Shown here piece by piece: positions 1-9,278 of a stretch of 64,000 bases of DNA. Below the pieces are notes generated by a model. The model was not told the origin of the DNA. It saw only the letters and a list, made by a program, of their open reading frames with translations, and ran no database searches. The stretch comes from Chloroflexota bacterium. GTDB lineage: Bacteria > Chloroflexota > Anaerolineae > CG2-30-64-16. The DNA is taken from NCBI GenBank assembly GCA_026389845.1, contig JAPLHB010000190.1, positions 9,845-73,844 on the forward strand. The letters run 5' to 3'. The position numbers and the translations under genes are program-made. Position 1 is the stretch's first letter; every line of letters begins with the position of its first letter.

Positions 1-477
1 GATCATTATCTCCGCGAAATCTGGCTGGAGTGCTGCGGCCACCTGAGCGCCTTCACGATCGGCGACGTGCGCTACACCCAGGTCTTTGACGACGGCATGG
101 CGTGGGGCGAGGAGCGGGAGATGAACGCGAAGGTGGACGCCCTCTTCACGCCCGGCCTGGAGATCCCCTATGAGTATGACTTCGGCACCACGACCGATCT
201 GGTCATCAAGGTTGTGGCTCAGCGCGAGGGCCGGCCGACCACGTCGCATCCCATCGTCCTGATGGCGCGGAACAAGTTCGAGCCGCCGGCGTGTATCGCG
301 TGCGGCAAGCCGGCCACGCAGCTCTGCAGCGAGTGCATGTACAGAGAAGATGGCCGCTGCGAGTTCTGCGATGACGACGCGATCGAGCACGAACACGGCG
401 AGATGATGATGCCGATCGTCAACTCCCCGCGCGTGGGCCAGTGCGGCTACGTCGGGCCGGCCGAGTCGCCGTATTGA
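1..477 (+). CDS. pRiA4b ORF-3-like family protein, C-terminal part (5' partial, frame open to window start) with Cys-rich zinc-ribbon tail
   Basis: Frame 1 is open from nt 1. YEYDFG motif typical of PF07929-like proteins; C-terminal CxxC...CxxC..CxxC cluster. Confidence 0.4.
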   Translation, partial: DHYLREIWLECCGHLSAFTIGDVRYTQVFDDGMAWGEEREMNAKVDALFTPGLEIPYEYDFGTTTDLVIKVVAQREGRPTTSHPIVLMARNKFEPPACIACGKPATQLCSECMYREDGRCEFCDDDAIEHEHGEMMMPIVNSPRVGQCGYVGPAESPY

Positions 478-686
478 GTTACCGGGAAGATCAACATCCA
501 CCAACCAGGAGGCGCATCACGGCAAAAGATCTCTCGATCCACATCGGTCTCAACCACGTTGCCCCGTCCCACTATCAAGGTGCGGACGGCAAGCCGCGGG
601 ATGGCGCGCACGCCCGCGGATGTGGGGGATGCGCGCCGCCGGGTGATCGCCAGTCTGCCAAGATACCGCCCATGGGCGCCGAGCGC

Positions 687-2540
687 TTAGGGTCGGGTGG
701 GACGCGTCCCGCCGCGACCACCGGGCATGCCGCCCATCCCTGCGCCTGCACCCGTTACGATACTTGAGATCGTATAGCTGGCAACTTGCGTGCCGGCGGT
801 ATACGTTCCATCAGAATATAGACTGTCAGCAACCGTGCCGGTTGCACGCCCGCCGGAGTAGACAACGTAGGTCGAACCGTTCTTGATCTCGGGCGATGAG
901 ATCACGATAGACTGATACGTCTTGGCCGGCGCAAACGTGAGAAGCGCCTTGCCATCCTTGGTCTCGATGTGAACCAGCGTGCCGGCTGCCTGGGCTGAGG
1001 CAAAGTTATATATCAGGGAATACTGCGTGGACGACGTATCCGGCGCCTGCGCCATGCCGGCGCTACCCGCCGCCACCAAGAAACCTCCTGTGATCTTGAA
1101 CCCGGCATGGTCCAGAGCGCCGTTGTTGTTGGAGGTCGGCCCGTTGACGATCACCGTCCCTCCCGTCATGTCAACTGCACCGTTGATGTCAATCCCATCT
1201 CCCAAGGCATTCACTGCGATATAGCCGCCGTTGACGGTGAGGTGGCTATCGCCCGACTCGAAGCCGCCCGGCCCCGGTCGCCCCTGCATCGCCCCGCCGC
1301 TGCTGCTGGTGCTGGGGCCGTTGATCCCGTCATCGCTGGCAACCAGGTGGATCGTCCCGGCGTTGATCGTGATCTTGTTACTCTCCATCCCCTCATAGGA
1401 TTTTGTGATGCGCACGTCTCCGCCGGACACTTCCAGGGTGGCGTCCGCATGGATGGCGTCATCGGCGGAGGCGAGCAGGAATTCCCCGCCGCTGATCGTG
1501 ATGCTGTTGTTGGAATGGAGCGCATCGTCCCCCGAATTGACACTAAAAACACCGCCCGTCACGGTGAGAGCAACGCCGGCCTTCAGCCCTTTGGCACTGT
1601 CGGCAGCCTTGCGAGCGTTGCCGCCGCCTGTGAGCAGGGTGATGTTGCCGCCGCTGACCATCAGCCGGGTCTCCGCCTGAATCCCGTCCATGCCGGCCGT
1701 GATGTTGAGCGTGCCGCCCTCGATGGCGACGTAGCCCTTCTTCGCGTCCTCATCGTTGTTGGCCTGCAGCCCGTCGCCGCCCGCTTTGACGGTGATCGTG
1801 CCATCCTTGACAACGATCGAATCCCGGCCCTTGATCCCATCGTTCACGGCGTTGACAGTGATGTTGCCGCCGGTGATCTTCAGATCGTCCTTGCTGGCAA
1901 TGCCGTTGTTGTAGTTGGCCACCACGGTCAGCGCGCCGCTGCCGTTGATGGTGAGATCATCCTTACTGAAGATCGCGGCGTTAGGCTCATCGGTCTTGGC
2001 GTCGGGAAAGACGTACTTTGCCCCATCGGTGACAGTGTTCTGTGTGCCTTCCGCCAGGGTGATCACGGTCTTTTCGGCGTTGGCTACATAGATGGCGGAA
2101 CTAGTCGTGTTGGTGATGTCCGCGCCGTTGAGCACGAGCATCACCGTTGCGGCATCCTTCGTGTCAACGACGATCTGGCCGTCGTTCAACTTGCCGCTGA
2201 TGCTGTACGTGCCGGCTGACGAAATGGTGAGGACCTTGCCCTTGACCGCGGCGCCCTTGCCCACGAAGCTGATCCCATCGCCCGCCAGCTTCACGGTGGA
2301 CACGTTGGCCTGGCTGGCGCTGGCAACGGTGAGATCATCCTTGTCGTATTCGACCACAACGGGGCTAGTCGGCGTCGCCGAAGCCTGTCGCGTGCTGACC
2401 GCGACGCCGGCTGCGACCGTTGACCTGCTCACCGGCTGCACAACAGGTACAATCGCCGTGGGCGCCGCTGCCTTGCCCGAACAGGCTGCGGGCATGGCGA
2501 GAAGGGTCGCTAATAGGAACAGAGTGACTACTTGTCTCAT
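687..2540 (-). CDS. secreted lipoprotein with right-handed beta-helix repeats (Cthe_2159-like carbohydrate-binding domain)
   Basis: Start refined to ATG at 2540 (MRQVVTLFLLATLLAMPAACSG lipoprotein-type signal, AGGAG RBS). Recurring SGG-I/T and GDDA(L/I)H(S/A) beta-helix repeat units; Thr/Ala linker. Confidence 0.55.
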   Translation of the reverse strand: MRQVVTLFLLATLLAMPAACSGKAAAPTAIVPVVQPVSRSTVAAGVAVSTRQASATPTSPVVVEYDKDDLTVASASQANVSTVKLAGDGISFVGKGAAVKGKVLTISSAGTYSISGKLNDGQIVVDTKDAATVMLVLNGADITNTTSSAIYVANAEKTVITLAEGTQNTVTDGAKYVFPDAKTDEPNAAIFSKDDLTINGSGALTVVANYNNGIASKDDLKITGGNITVNAVNDGIKGRDSIVVKDGTITVKAGGDGLQANNDEDAKKGYVAIEGGTLNITAGMDGIQAETRLMVSGGNITLLTGGGNARKAADSAKGLKAGVALTVTGGVFSVNSGDDALHSNNSITISGGEFLLASADDAIHADATLEVSGGDVRITKSYEGMESNKITINAGTIHLVASDDGINGPSTSSSGGAMQGRPGPGGFESGDSHLTVNGGYIAVNALGDGIDINGAVDMTGGTVIVNGPTSNNNGALDHAGFKITGGFLVAAGSAGMAQAPDTSSTQYSLIYNFASAQAAGTLVHIETKDGKALLTFAPAKTYQSIVISSPEIKNGSTYVVYSGGRATGTVADSLYSDGTYTAGTQVASYTISSIVTGAGAGMGGMPGGRGGTRPTRP

Positions 2541-2578
2541 TGGGTTCAATCTCCTGATTTTCGGAAGAAGCGGGCCGG

Positions 2579-2857
2579 TCATTCGCCCTTGCCCGCTTCG
2601 GGGTTGACATCGAACGCCCCATTCGCATGGGCGATCTGAGAACCGGCGTCGGCTGTCTGTGTGATGGACAGACCGACCGGTCGGGCGACATCGTTGACGA
2701 GATTTACCCCCATGGCCGCCAACGGCCCAGCCTGCTGACGCTCCGCCTTGACGGTATAGGCGATGATAGGTTGATCGCCCATCACGAACGTCAAGAAGCA
2801 CAGGATGGCAAGCAACAACAAGATCATGGGATGGTTACGTTTGAACTCAAGGCTCAT
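2579..2857 (-). CDS. small hydrophobic hypothetical protein
   Basis: 92-aa ORF with one TM segment directly upstream of the lipoprotein gene; no homology recognised. Confidence 0.25.
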   Translation of the reverse strand: MSLEFKRNHPMILLLLAILCFLTFVMGDQPIIAYTVKAERQQAGPLAAMGVNLVNDVARPVGLSITQTADAGSQIAHANGAFDVNPEAGKGE

Positions 2858-2932
2858 ACTTCCCTCTTGTAGGGGCGATCCCTTGCGGTCGCCCCCCTGG
2901 GCAGGCGCAGGGCCATGCCCCTACGGTTGATG

Positions 2933-3613
2933 TTACAGATCCGTGCCGTTGTATCCGGCGGTCAGCATGACCCTGTTGTGGCCGTTCAGGTCCCTGATCT
3001 CGGCGATGAATGGCTGAATCTGGTTGGGCTTCTTTAGGCCGATGCTGTAGGTCAGCTCCGTCAACATACCGCTGTGAACGGAATCCACGCTGATGAGTTC
3101 GGAAGAACTGGTATACTTTACGAAGACCTTGTCAAACAGCGTGTCGAAGGTCGCCTCGTTAGGGACCTGGACGCGCAAAATCTGGCTGGACATCTCGCGC
3201 GCAAACCAATTGAGGCGGGTCATCAGCAAAATCACCAGGCTGATGACGATCGCTGCGATCACGGCCAACAGGTAGAACTTGGTGCCCACCGCCATGCCGA
3301 TCGCCATCGTGAAGAAGATGAAGCCTACGTCACGCGTTTCCTTGACCGCATTCCGGAAGCGGATGATAGAGAGAGCGCCCACCAGCGAGAACGCGCGGGC
3401 AATGTTCGAGCCGACGATCGTCATCACCAGGGCCACCACCATGCCGTTCAGCACCAGGGTAAAGACGAAGCTCTGCGTGTACGACGTGCCGCGATGGCTG
3501 ATCTTGTAAACCCAGCCGATGAAGGCGCTCAGCACAAAACTGAGCACCAGAACAAGGACCACGTCCAAGACCGAAAACGCACCCGTCGAATCCTGCAAGC
3601 CAAAGATATCCAT
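2933..3613 (-). CDS. DUF4956 domain-containing membrane protein
   Basis: Polytopic membrane protein immediately downstream of a VTC-domain gene, the conserved pairing. Start likely MDIFGL at 3613; the ORF extends to 3643. Confidence 0.55.
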   Translation of the reverse strand: MDIFGLQDSTGAFSVLDVVLVLVLSFVLSAFIGWVYKISHRGTSYTQSFVFTLVLNGMVVALVMTIVGSNIARAFSLVGALSIIRFRNAVKETRDVGFIFFTMAIGMAVGTKFYLLAVIAAIVISLVILLMTRLNWFAREMSSQILRVQVPNEATFDTLFDKVFVKYTSSSELISVDSVHSGMLTELTYSIGLKKPNQIQPFIAEIRDLNGHNRVMLTAGYNGTDL

Positions 3614-3646
3614 AAGAAGTCTCCCGTGATTTTTCCCCTCCACCTG

Positions 3647-4417
3647 TCAGAAGGTGGAAAGGGCAAAGTGTGAAGCAGCGGCAGCGCAACCACGCGCCGC
3701 CTCGATGCTACGGCAGTATTTGCTGACGCGGATCATCTGCAAATTGTGAGCGGCCACCAACTCCGTGAGCCAATAGGGGAGGCGCTCATTGACCTTGATC
3801 TCCATCACAACCCAGTTTCCGCCCAACATGGGCACGCCAGACTGCGGCTCGTGCAGGTGCAGCCGGTCGGTTTGCGAGGTCAGGGACGTATCGAAGGTCA
3901 CGCGCAGCCCGATGTCATACTCTGTGCCGATGAAGGCCTGGCGCTCGTAGCGCACAATGCTCGCGGGCCGCATGTCATACTGCCACAGAAAGGTATGAAT
4001 CTCCTCGATGACCGCCCTCTCGGCCGGTGCGTGAGCGGGAATCTGGCGTTCATCGCACAGCCGCAAGGCATCCCCATAACGCAAGCTGGCGCGGCGCTTT
4101 TGGGTCACGCGGTCAACCCGCTGCTTGATCTCGACAAAGACGGGCGTATCTTCCGTAAGCGCCTCGTCCGTTTCGTAATGGCGGATGCGCAGTTTGCGAC
4201 GAAACTTGATCCCATCCACCTTTTCCCAGTAACAACGCAAGTCAGGCGAATCGTAGTACAGGCTGGCCAGTGTATAGCGCCCGTTGTGGTTGCCGTGCTC
4301 GTCAGGGATCAAGTACGCGCCCAGCGCCGATTTGACTCGCTCGGCTTGTTGCAGGGTGATCAGGTATTTGAGCTCGAAGCGGTTAACCCTGCGAATGGCG
4401 TGACTGAGATGATTCAT
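3647..4417 (-). CDS. VTC domain-containing protein (CYTH-like polyphosphate polymerase domain)
   Basis: N-terminal FELKYL motif and RYxxxSLYYD / VEIKQR signature of bacterial VTC/CYTH proteins; paired with DUF4956. Confidence 0.6.
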   Translation of the reverse strand: MNHLSHAIRRVNRFELKYLITLQQAERVKSALGAYLIPDEHGNHNGRYTLASLYYDSPDLRCYWEKVDGIKFRRKLRIRHYETDEALTEDTPVFVEIKQRVDRVTQKRRASLRYGDALRLCDERQIPAHAPAERAVIEEIHTFLWQYDMRPASIVRYERQAFIGTEYDIGLRVTFDTSLTSQTDRLHLHEPQSGVPMLGGNWVVMEIKVNERLPYWLTELVAAHNLQMIRVSKYCRSIEAARGCAAAASHFALSTF

Positions 4418-4627
4418 AGGCGGTTATGTCCTTTACAAAGGGAATTCTAAGGTTCCATCCTGTGAGGATCCCAAGAGGATTCTGTGAGATAGTTGAGAAA
4501 AACCAGTTCGGCGTGGCCCGCCAACATCCCTCAGCCTCTCAGCGATCGCTCAGCATTTGCACAGACCGCTCTCAGCCTGGGTCACTACAATGGAGCAAGA
4601 CTGTTGATAGGGGATATTAACCATTGG

Positions 4628-5503
4628 TGCTAGTTTGACTACAGGCTGAATTCAGCGATGGAGAGCGGCACGAAGCCATCCTCGTCGGCTGGCAAGCCAT
4701 ACCACTGCACGAGGAGGTTGAAAGCGGCCATCGTGAAGGCGAGGCGCATCTGAAAGTAGGCCCACACCCGATGCATCACCTTCTTGAAATGGCAGACCAG
4801 CGTCAACATCGAGAGTACCGTCTCCACCAGCATGCGCTCGTTGTGTTCGCCCCGGTGACAGATTTTGAGATTCTGGGGATCATCGGTGGCGGCGTGCAGT
4901 CCCGTGTCGGCAAAGACCACCATCTGATCCTCGAACTGTTTCACCAAAGGCTGGAAGGTGTTATCGGCCACGTTGGCAGTATCGCAGTCCCAGGCAACCA
5001 CGAGGCCGAGATGGTTCAGCAGCAAGCACAACTTGCCGCCCACGATCCAGCGATGATTCGAGAGGCCTTTGCGGCCGATCTGGGCGGCGCTCCGGCCCTC
5101 GCGAATGGGATGAATCAATTCAAGGCCGTAGGTATCAATCACGCCGAGAATGCTGGGCTCCGCCAGAAACCGCGCGGTCAAAGCCCGATGACTCTTGAAC
5201 AAGCGAAACAACCGGGTCCGGTCGGGCAGCTTTGGAAACAACACCTGGTAGTCCCTGACCAGCCAGCGATAGAATGCTCGATTGCCAACGCCTTTGATCG
5301 CAAACAAGAAGGCGATCGTCACAACTTCACTTGGATAGAGGATCGCTTGGGAATGCTTGGATACATCAGTCAAGACATCATCTATTCGGCAGAACAACTC
5401 GGTGATAAAATCCACGGTGGTCATGAGGCTCGCTCCTTGCTAAAGTGTGGTAACTTATAGCTTGCACGAGCTTCATAGCCTTGTCAACTAGCACCAATGG
5501 TTA
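4628..5503 (-). mobile_element. IS982-family insertion sequence (876 bp) with 18-bp terminal inverted repeats TAACCATTGGTGCTAGTT
   Basis: Perfect 18-bp inverted repeats at 4628-4645 and 5486-5503 flank a single DDE transposase gene. The element's GC content is visibly lower than its surroundings. Confidence 0.7.
4639..5424 (-). CDS. IS982 family DDE transposase
   Basis: N-terminus TELFCRIDD is characteristic of IS982 transposases. 261 aa; bounded by the inverted repeats. Confidence 0.7.
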   Translation of the reverse strand: MTTVDFITELFCRIDDVLTDVSKHSQAILYPSEVVTIAFLFAIKGVGNRAFYRWLVRDYQVLFPKLPDRTRLFRLFKSHRALTARFLAEPSILGVIDTYGLELIHPIREGRSAAQIGRKGLSNHRWIVGGKLCLLLNHLGLVVAWDCDTANVADNTFQPLVKQFEDQMVVFADTGLHAATDDPQNLKICHRGEHNERMLVETVLSMLTLVCHFKKVMHRVWAYFQMRLAFTMAAFNLLVQWYGLPADEDGFVPLSIAEFSL

Positions 5504-5510
5504 TTATAAC

Positions 5511-6683
5511 ATGAACGTGAAACACAATGACCGCAGGGGTGGCCCCTCCGGTGATCGCTCTTCTGGCGCTGCTTCCGCGGATGAGAAACCCAAGAAGCGG
5601 CCCATGCCTGTCGCCTCGTTGGTGGCATGCGATATTCTGCTGATCGGTGCGGCTTTGTGCGTCTTTGCCTTGTTTCACCACGTGCTGCCGCGGGCCTATA
5701 CGGTAGTCCTGCCCACGGTCAGCGCGTCGGTTGCCAGCGCCGCCGTGGCCGATCCCACCGTTGTGCCGGTCCAGAGCCAGCCGACCGCAGTCGCGACTGC
5801 CAGCGCCACACGGGCCTCCAGCGGAACAGCGCGCGCGACGAGCGTCGTGAGAGCGACAAGCGTTGCGAGCGCGCCCCCCGCGCCATCCGCCACGCCGGCC
5901 GTGAGCACGCCAACCGCCGTCAGCGCCGGACTGGGGGGCGGCAAGTTCGCCGCCAAGTTCACCAACGGCAAAGTGATTACCACCGCCAGCAGTTATCAGA
6001 GCGCGAATGTAAATGTGACGCTGACCAAGACGCAGAAGAACGGCGTCACGTACTACGTCGAGGATATCTATATCCGCAACATCGAAACCCTGCGCACCGC
6101 CTTCGCGCAGAATACTTACGGCAAATCCATTACCGCCTGGGTGCTGAATATGGCGAAAGAGAACAGCGCCATCGCCGCGATCAACGGCGACTATTACGGC
6201 ATGGGCTCGATCGGCGTTGTCATCAGAAACGGCACCCTGTACAACGCAAGGACCGACGGTGACGTATGCGTGCTGTTCTACGATGGTACCATGAAGGTCT
6301 ACCAGGCGGCCGAATTCGACGCCCAGAAGGTGATGGCGGCCGGCGCGTACCAGGCCTGGAGCTTCGGGCCTTCCCTCCTTTCCGCGGACGGCAAGGCCCT
6401 ATCGAGTTTCAGAAGCCCCGTCAGCGGTGCGAATCCCCGCACCGCCATCGGCTATTATGAGCCGGGGCATTACGTCTTCGTGCTCGTGGACGGAAGGCAA
6501 GCGGGCTATTCGGACGGGATGACTATGGCGCAGCTCTCCGCGCTCTTTGAGAAGCTCGGCTGCAAGGTGGCGTACAACTTGGATGGCGGAAAGACGTCGG
6601 TCATGACCTTTGGTGACAACGTGGCCAATCAGCCGACCGAGGGCGGACGACAGTCGAGCGATATCATCTACATCGGCGAATGA
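5511..6683 (+). CDS. phosphodiester glycosidase family protein (NAGPA-like), membrane-anchored
   Basis: N-terminal TM helix, Ala/Thr/Ser-rich linker, C-terminal AINGDYYG...YNLDGG domain. The track ORF start (5481) lies inside the IS right inverted repeat; likely true start is ATG 5511. Confidence 0.55.
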   Translation: MNVKHNDRRGGPSGDRSSGAASADEKPKKRPMPVASLVACDILLIGAALCVFALFHHVLPRAYTVVLPTVSASVASAAVADPTVVPVQSQPTAVATASATRASSGTARATSVVRATSVASAPPAPSATPAVSTPTAVSAGLGGGKFAAKFTNGKVITTASSYQSANVNVTLTKTQKNGVTYYVEDIYIRNIETLRTAFAQNTYGKSITAWVLNMAKENSAIAAINGDYYGMGSIGVVIRNGTLYNARTDGDVCVLFYDGTMKVYQAAEFDAQKVMAAGAYQAWSFGPSLLSADGKALSSFRSPVSGANPRTAIGYYEPGHYVFVLVDGRQAGYSDGMTMAQLSALFEKLGCKVAYNLDGGKTSVMTFGDNVANQPTEGGRQSSDIIYIGE

Positions 6684-6700
6684 GCAGAGGAGGTGGCTGT

Positions 6701-6919
6701 ATGAAAACGATAACCAAAGTGCTACCACATATCAGCATCATCATCTCGGTCATGCTGATTGTCTTCTTCGTGATTGATCGCTTCAACAGTGCAATGGGAT
6801 TTCTGGATAACGATGGTGCGAAGGTCCTGATCTTTGTGCTGGGCGTTACGTCTATCATCAACTCCATCATGCTGATCGCGTTCCAGCGGCGCTGCGCACG
6901 GCTGGCAAACGAGCCGTGA
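6701..6919 (+). CDS. small two-TM membrane protein
   Basis: ATG at 6701 preceded by a GGAGG RBS; 72 aa, hydrophobic. Confidence 0.4.
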   Translation: MKTITKVLPHISIIISVMLIVFFVIDRFNSAMGFLDNDGAKVLIFVLGVTSIINSIMLIAFQRRCARLANEP

Positions 6920-6925
6920 AGATAT

Positions 6926-7990
6926 ATGATCCAAACTTTAGTGCGACCTGATCCGGCCGGCAAGTTAGTAGCCCTGCGCCAGAAGGGCCGGTCAACCTTG
7001 CAAGGGGTAAGCTCCTGTCTCCGTTTGCCGAGGGTCAGGCTGGCGGCACAGGTCGCAATGCTCGTTCTCTGCCTGTTTCCCATCGGGCGGCAGGCTGCGC
7101 AGGATTGGCAAGCCGTCAGCCGGCTGGCGCTCCAGGTGAAGGCGCCGGCGTTGCTGGCATCGGCCATCGCGCTGATCCTGGCTTCTTTTTTCCTCCCGAC
7201 TGCGATGGCGGCCTTCACCCACGGCGCGCCGCGGCGCATCAGCTATCGCGATAGCGCGCTCGCGTATTATGGGTCACAGCCGATGAAGTACCTGCCGGGC
7301 AGCTTCTGGATCCTGCCTGGCCGGGTGATCTTGCTGCGCGGCCTGGGTCATGACGTCAGCCTGTCTTCGACAGCGCTGCTCTTCGAGATGACCACTCAGG
7401 TCCTCTCCAGTTCTCTCGTGGCCGCTGTCCTGATCGGTCTGACCGGTTTCACATCCGCCTGGTATCGGGAGGTCGTCTGGCTGATCCTGGCGGGGTCTCT
7501 CGCGTTCAGCCTACTCCTGGTCGTCTCGCCCATGCTGGCTCAACGCGTGCTCAACCGCACTTCGCCTGTCCGCCAGGCGATGGCCCGCCTGGCCGAAATT
7601 CCGCTCGCGGCCCGCCTCAGAAATCTTCTGTGGGCAACGCTGCTCTACGCAATCATGTGGCTGCTCATGGGCGTCAGCTTCTATGCGCTGGTTGTGGCCA
7701 CGGATCCCCACCTGGATCTGGCGCTGCTGAAGGTCTCAATCGGCATCTTCTCCCTCTCATGGCTGGCGGGCTTTCTCACCCCGATCAGCCCAGGCGGCAT
7801 CGGAGTCCGGGAGAGCGCAATTGTGCTGTTGTTGACCCCCTTCGTAGGCGGACCCCAGGCCGTCACCGTGGCGCTGCTCTCCAGGGCGCTTTCGCTTGCC
7901 GTCGAACTGGCCTTCTTTGCCGGTGTCTGGCTGCCGCTGCGCTCGGCGCAGACTGCGGTCGCTTCGTTCAATACGGCCCCGCGACGTTGA
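6926..7990 (+). CDS. flippase-like (lysylphosphatidylglycerol synthase TM region / UPF0104) membrane protein
   Basis: Polytopic membrane protein with the PISPGGIGVRE motif typical of the LPG_synthase_TM family. Confidence 0.5.
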   Translation: MIQTLVRPDPAGKLVALRQKGRSTLQGVSSCLRLPRVRLAAQVAMLVLCLFPIGRQAAQDWQAVSRLALQVKAPALLASAIALILASFFLPTAMAAFTHGAPRRISYRDSALAYYGSQPMKYLPGSFWILPGRVILLRGLGHDVSLSSTALLFEMTTQVLSSSLVAAVLIGLTGFTSAWYREVVWLILAGSLAFSLLLVVSPMLAQRVLNRTSPVRQAMARLAEIPLAARLRNLLWATLLYAIMWLLMGVSFYALVVATDPHLDLALLKVSIGIFSLSWLAGFLTPISPGGIGVRESAIVLLLTPFVGGPQAVTVALLSRALSLAVELAFFAGVWLPLRSAQTAVASFNTAPRR

Positions 7991-8091
7991 GGACTCGACT
8001 CAGATATTGACACAGCCTGGACGTCGGCGTAGAATCAGCAGCAGCCTGGGTCAGGAGAACTGGAAGCGCTGTTCTGAAGGAGCACACACTG

Positions 8092-8517
8092 ATGCAACCC
8101 ACGCAGCACTACCCTGAACCGACCGTCGGCGCACTGATCTTCGACCCGGCGAGCCGCCTGTTGCTGATGCGGTCGCACAAGTGGGCCGGCAAGTACGTCG
8201 TGCCCGGCGGCCACGTGGAGCTCGGCGAGACGCTGGCGGCCGCGCTGCGCCGCGAGGTGGCGGAAGAGACGGGCTTGACGATCTACGGCATCACGTTCGT
8301 GGGCATGCAGGAGTTCATCTACGATCCGGCGTTCTGGCAGCCCCGGCACTTTATCTTCTTCGACTACGCCTGCCGCACCAATGCGACAGAAGTCCACCTG
8401 AATGACGAGGCGCAGGAGTACGTCTGGGCTACCGTTGACGAGGCGCTGCGCCTGCCCATCGAGCCGTATACGGAGGTAGCGATCCGGACTTACCTGGCGC
8501 GGCAAGCCGGCCGGTAA
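8092..8517 (+). CDS. NUDIX hydrolase
   Basis: Nudix box GGHVELGETLAAALRREVAEETGL (Gx5Ex7REUxEExGU). Confidence 0.75.
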   Translation: MQPTQHYPEPTVGALIFDPASRLLLMRSHKWAGKYVVPGGHVELGETLAAALRREVAEETGLTIYGITFVGMQEFIYDPAFWQPRHFIFFDYACRTNATEVHLNDEAQEYVWATVDEALRLPIEPYTEVAIRTYLARQAGR

Positions 8518-8520
8518 CCC

Positions 8521-9237
8521 GTGTACACACAGCCCATGCCCGCCTACAACACACCCGACCTGCACCGCGCCGGCTTTGCGCGCACCAACCGGCAGACCAT
8601 CCAACAGCGCGCCGCGCTGCTGCGCGAGCTACTGCCCGAGACGCGCAGCATTGCCGAGCTGTGCTGCGGCGACTGCGCGGCGCAGTGGCAGATTTACCGA
8701 GAAGCGCTGCCGGGCCTGACCTTCTGCGGCCTGGACGTGGCGCCCGCCATCGTCGCAGCCAACCGGGCGGCCGGCGTGCCCTGCGTCTGCGGCGATGCGC
8801 TGGACCCCACCGTGCTGGCTCAGTTCCTGGGCTATGACGTCATCTTTTTCGGCCCGCCGCTCTCAGCCGGATGCGACGGCCACCGCGGCCTGGCGTTCGA
8901 CGCGGTGCAGCCGGGCTATGTGGCCTTCAGCAACCTCCTGCTCGGCGAGCTGCGCTACGGCGGAACGCTGGTCTGCATCGGCCCGAAAACGACGCATATG
9001 GGCGCCATCCGTGGCCTCTACGACCACATCCGGGCGCGGCGGGACGACTTCGGCCTGCGCCTGATCCAGCACAGCCATGCGACCGTCACCGGCGCCGGGA
9101 TGCCCACTGAGTCGCGGCTCAAGTACGTCGAGTTGTGGTTCTCCAACCGCTTGCCGGATACGTGGGAAGCCCGGCGGTCGGGACCGGCCGCGCCGGAGAC
9201 GCTTGCTGCATATGGATTGATCGGAGCACAGCCTTGA
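8521..9237 (+). CDS. hypothetical protein, possible Rossmann-fold SAM-dependent methyltransferase-like
   Basis: ELCCGDCA (motif I-like) and DVIFFGPP (motif IV-like) segments; weak. Confidence 0.3.
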   Translation: MYTQPMPAYNTPDLHRAGFARTNRQTIQQRAALLRELLPETRSIAELCCGDCAAQWQIYREALPGLTFCGLDVAPAIVAANRAAGVPCVCGDALDPTVLAQFLGYDVIFFGPPLSAGCDGHRGLAFDAVQPGYVAFSNLLLGELRYGGTLVCIGPKTTHMGAIRGLYDHIRARRDDFGLRLIQHSHATVTGAGMPTESRLKYVELWFSNRLPDTWEARRSGPAAPETLAAYGLIGAQP

Positions 9238-9278
9238 ATCCAGCCACTTCGATTCCGCCCGGCCCGCGTCCGGCTAGC

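Noticed and set aside
1107-2219. 370-aa plus-strand ORF
   Set aside because: Antisense to the beta-helix lipoprotein gene, which has signal peptide, RBS and repeat structure supporting the minus strand.
9135-9278. Track start of the ABC exporter ORF, overlapping the previous gene by ~100 nt
   Set aside because: No transporter-like sequence before the first TM helix; the in-frame TTG at 9279 after the upstream stop is more plausible.
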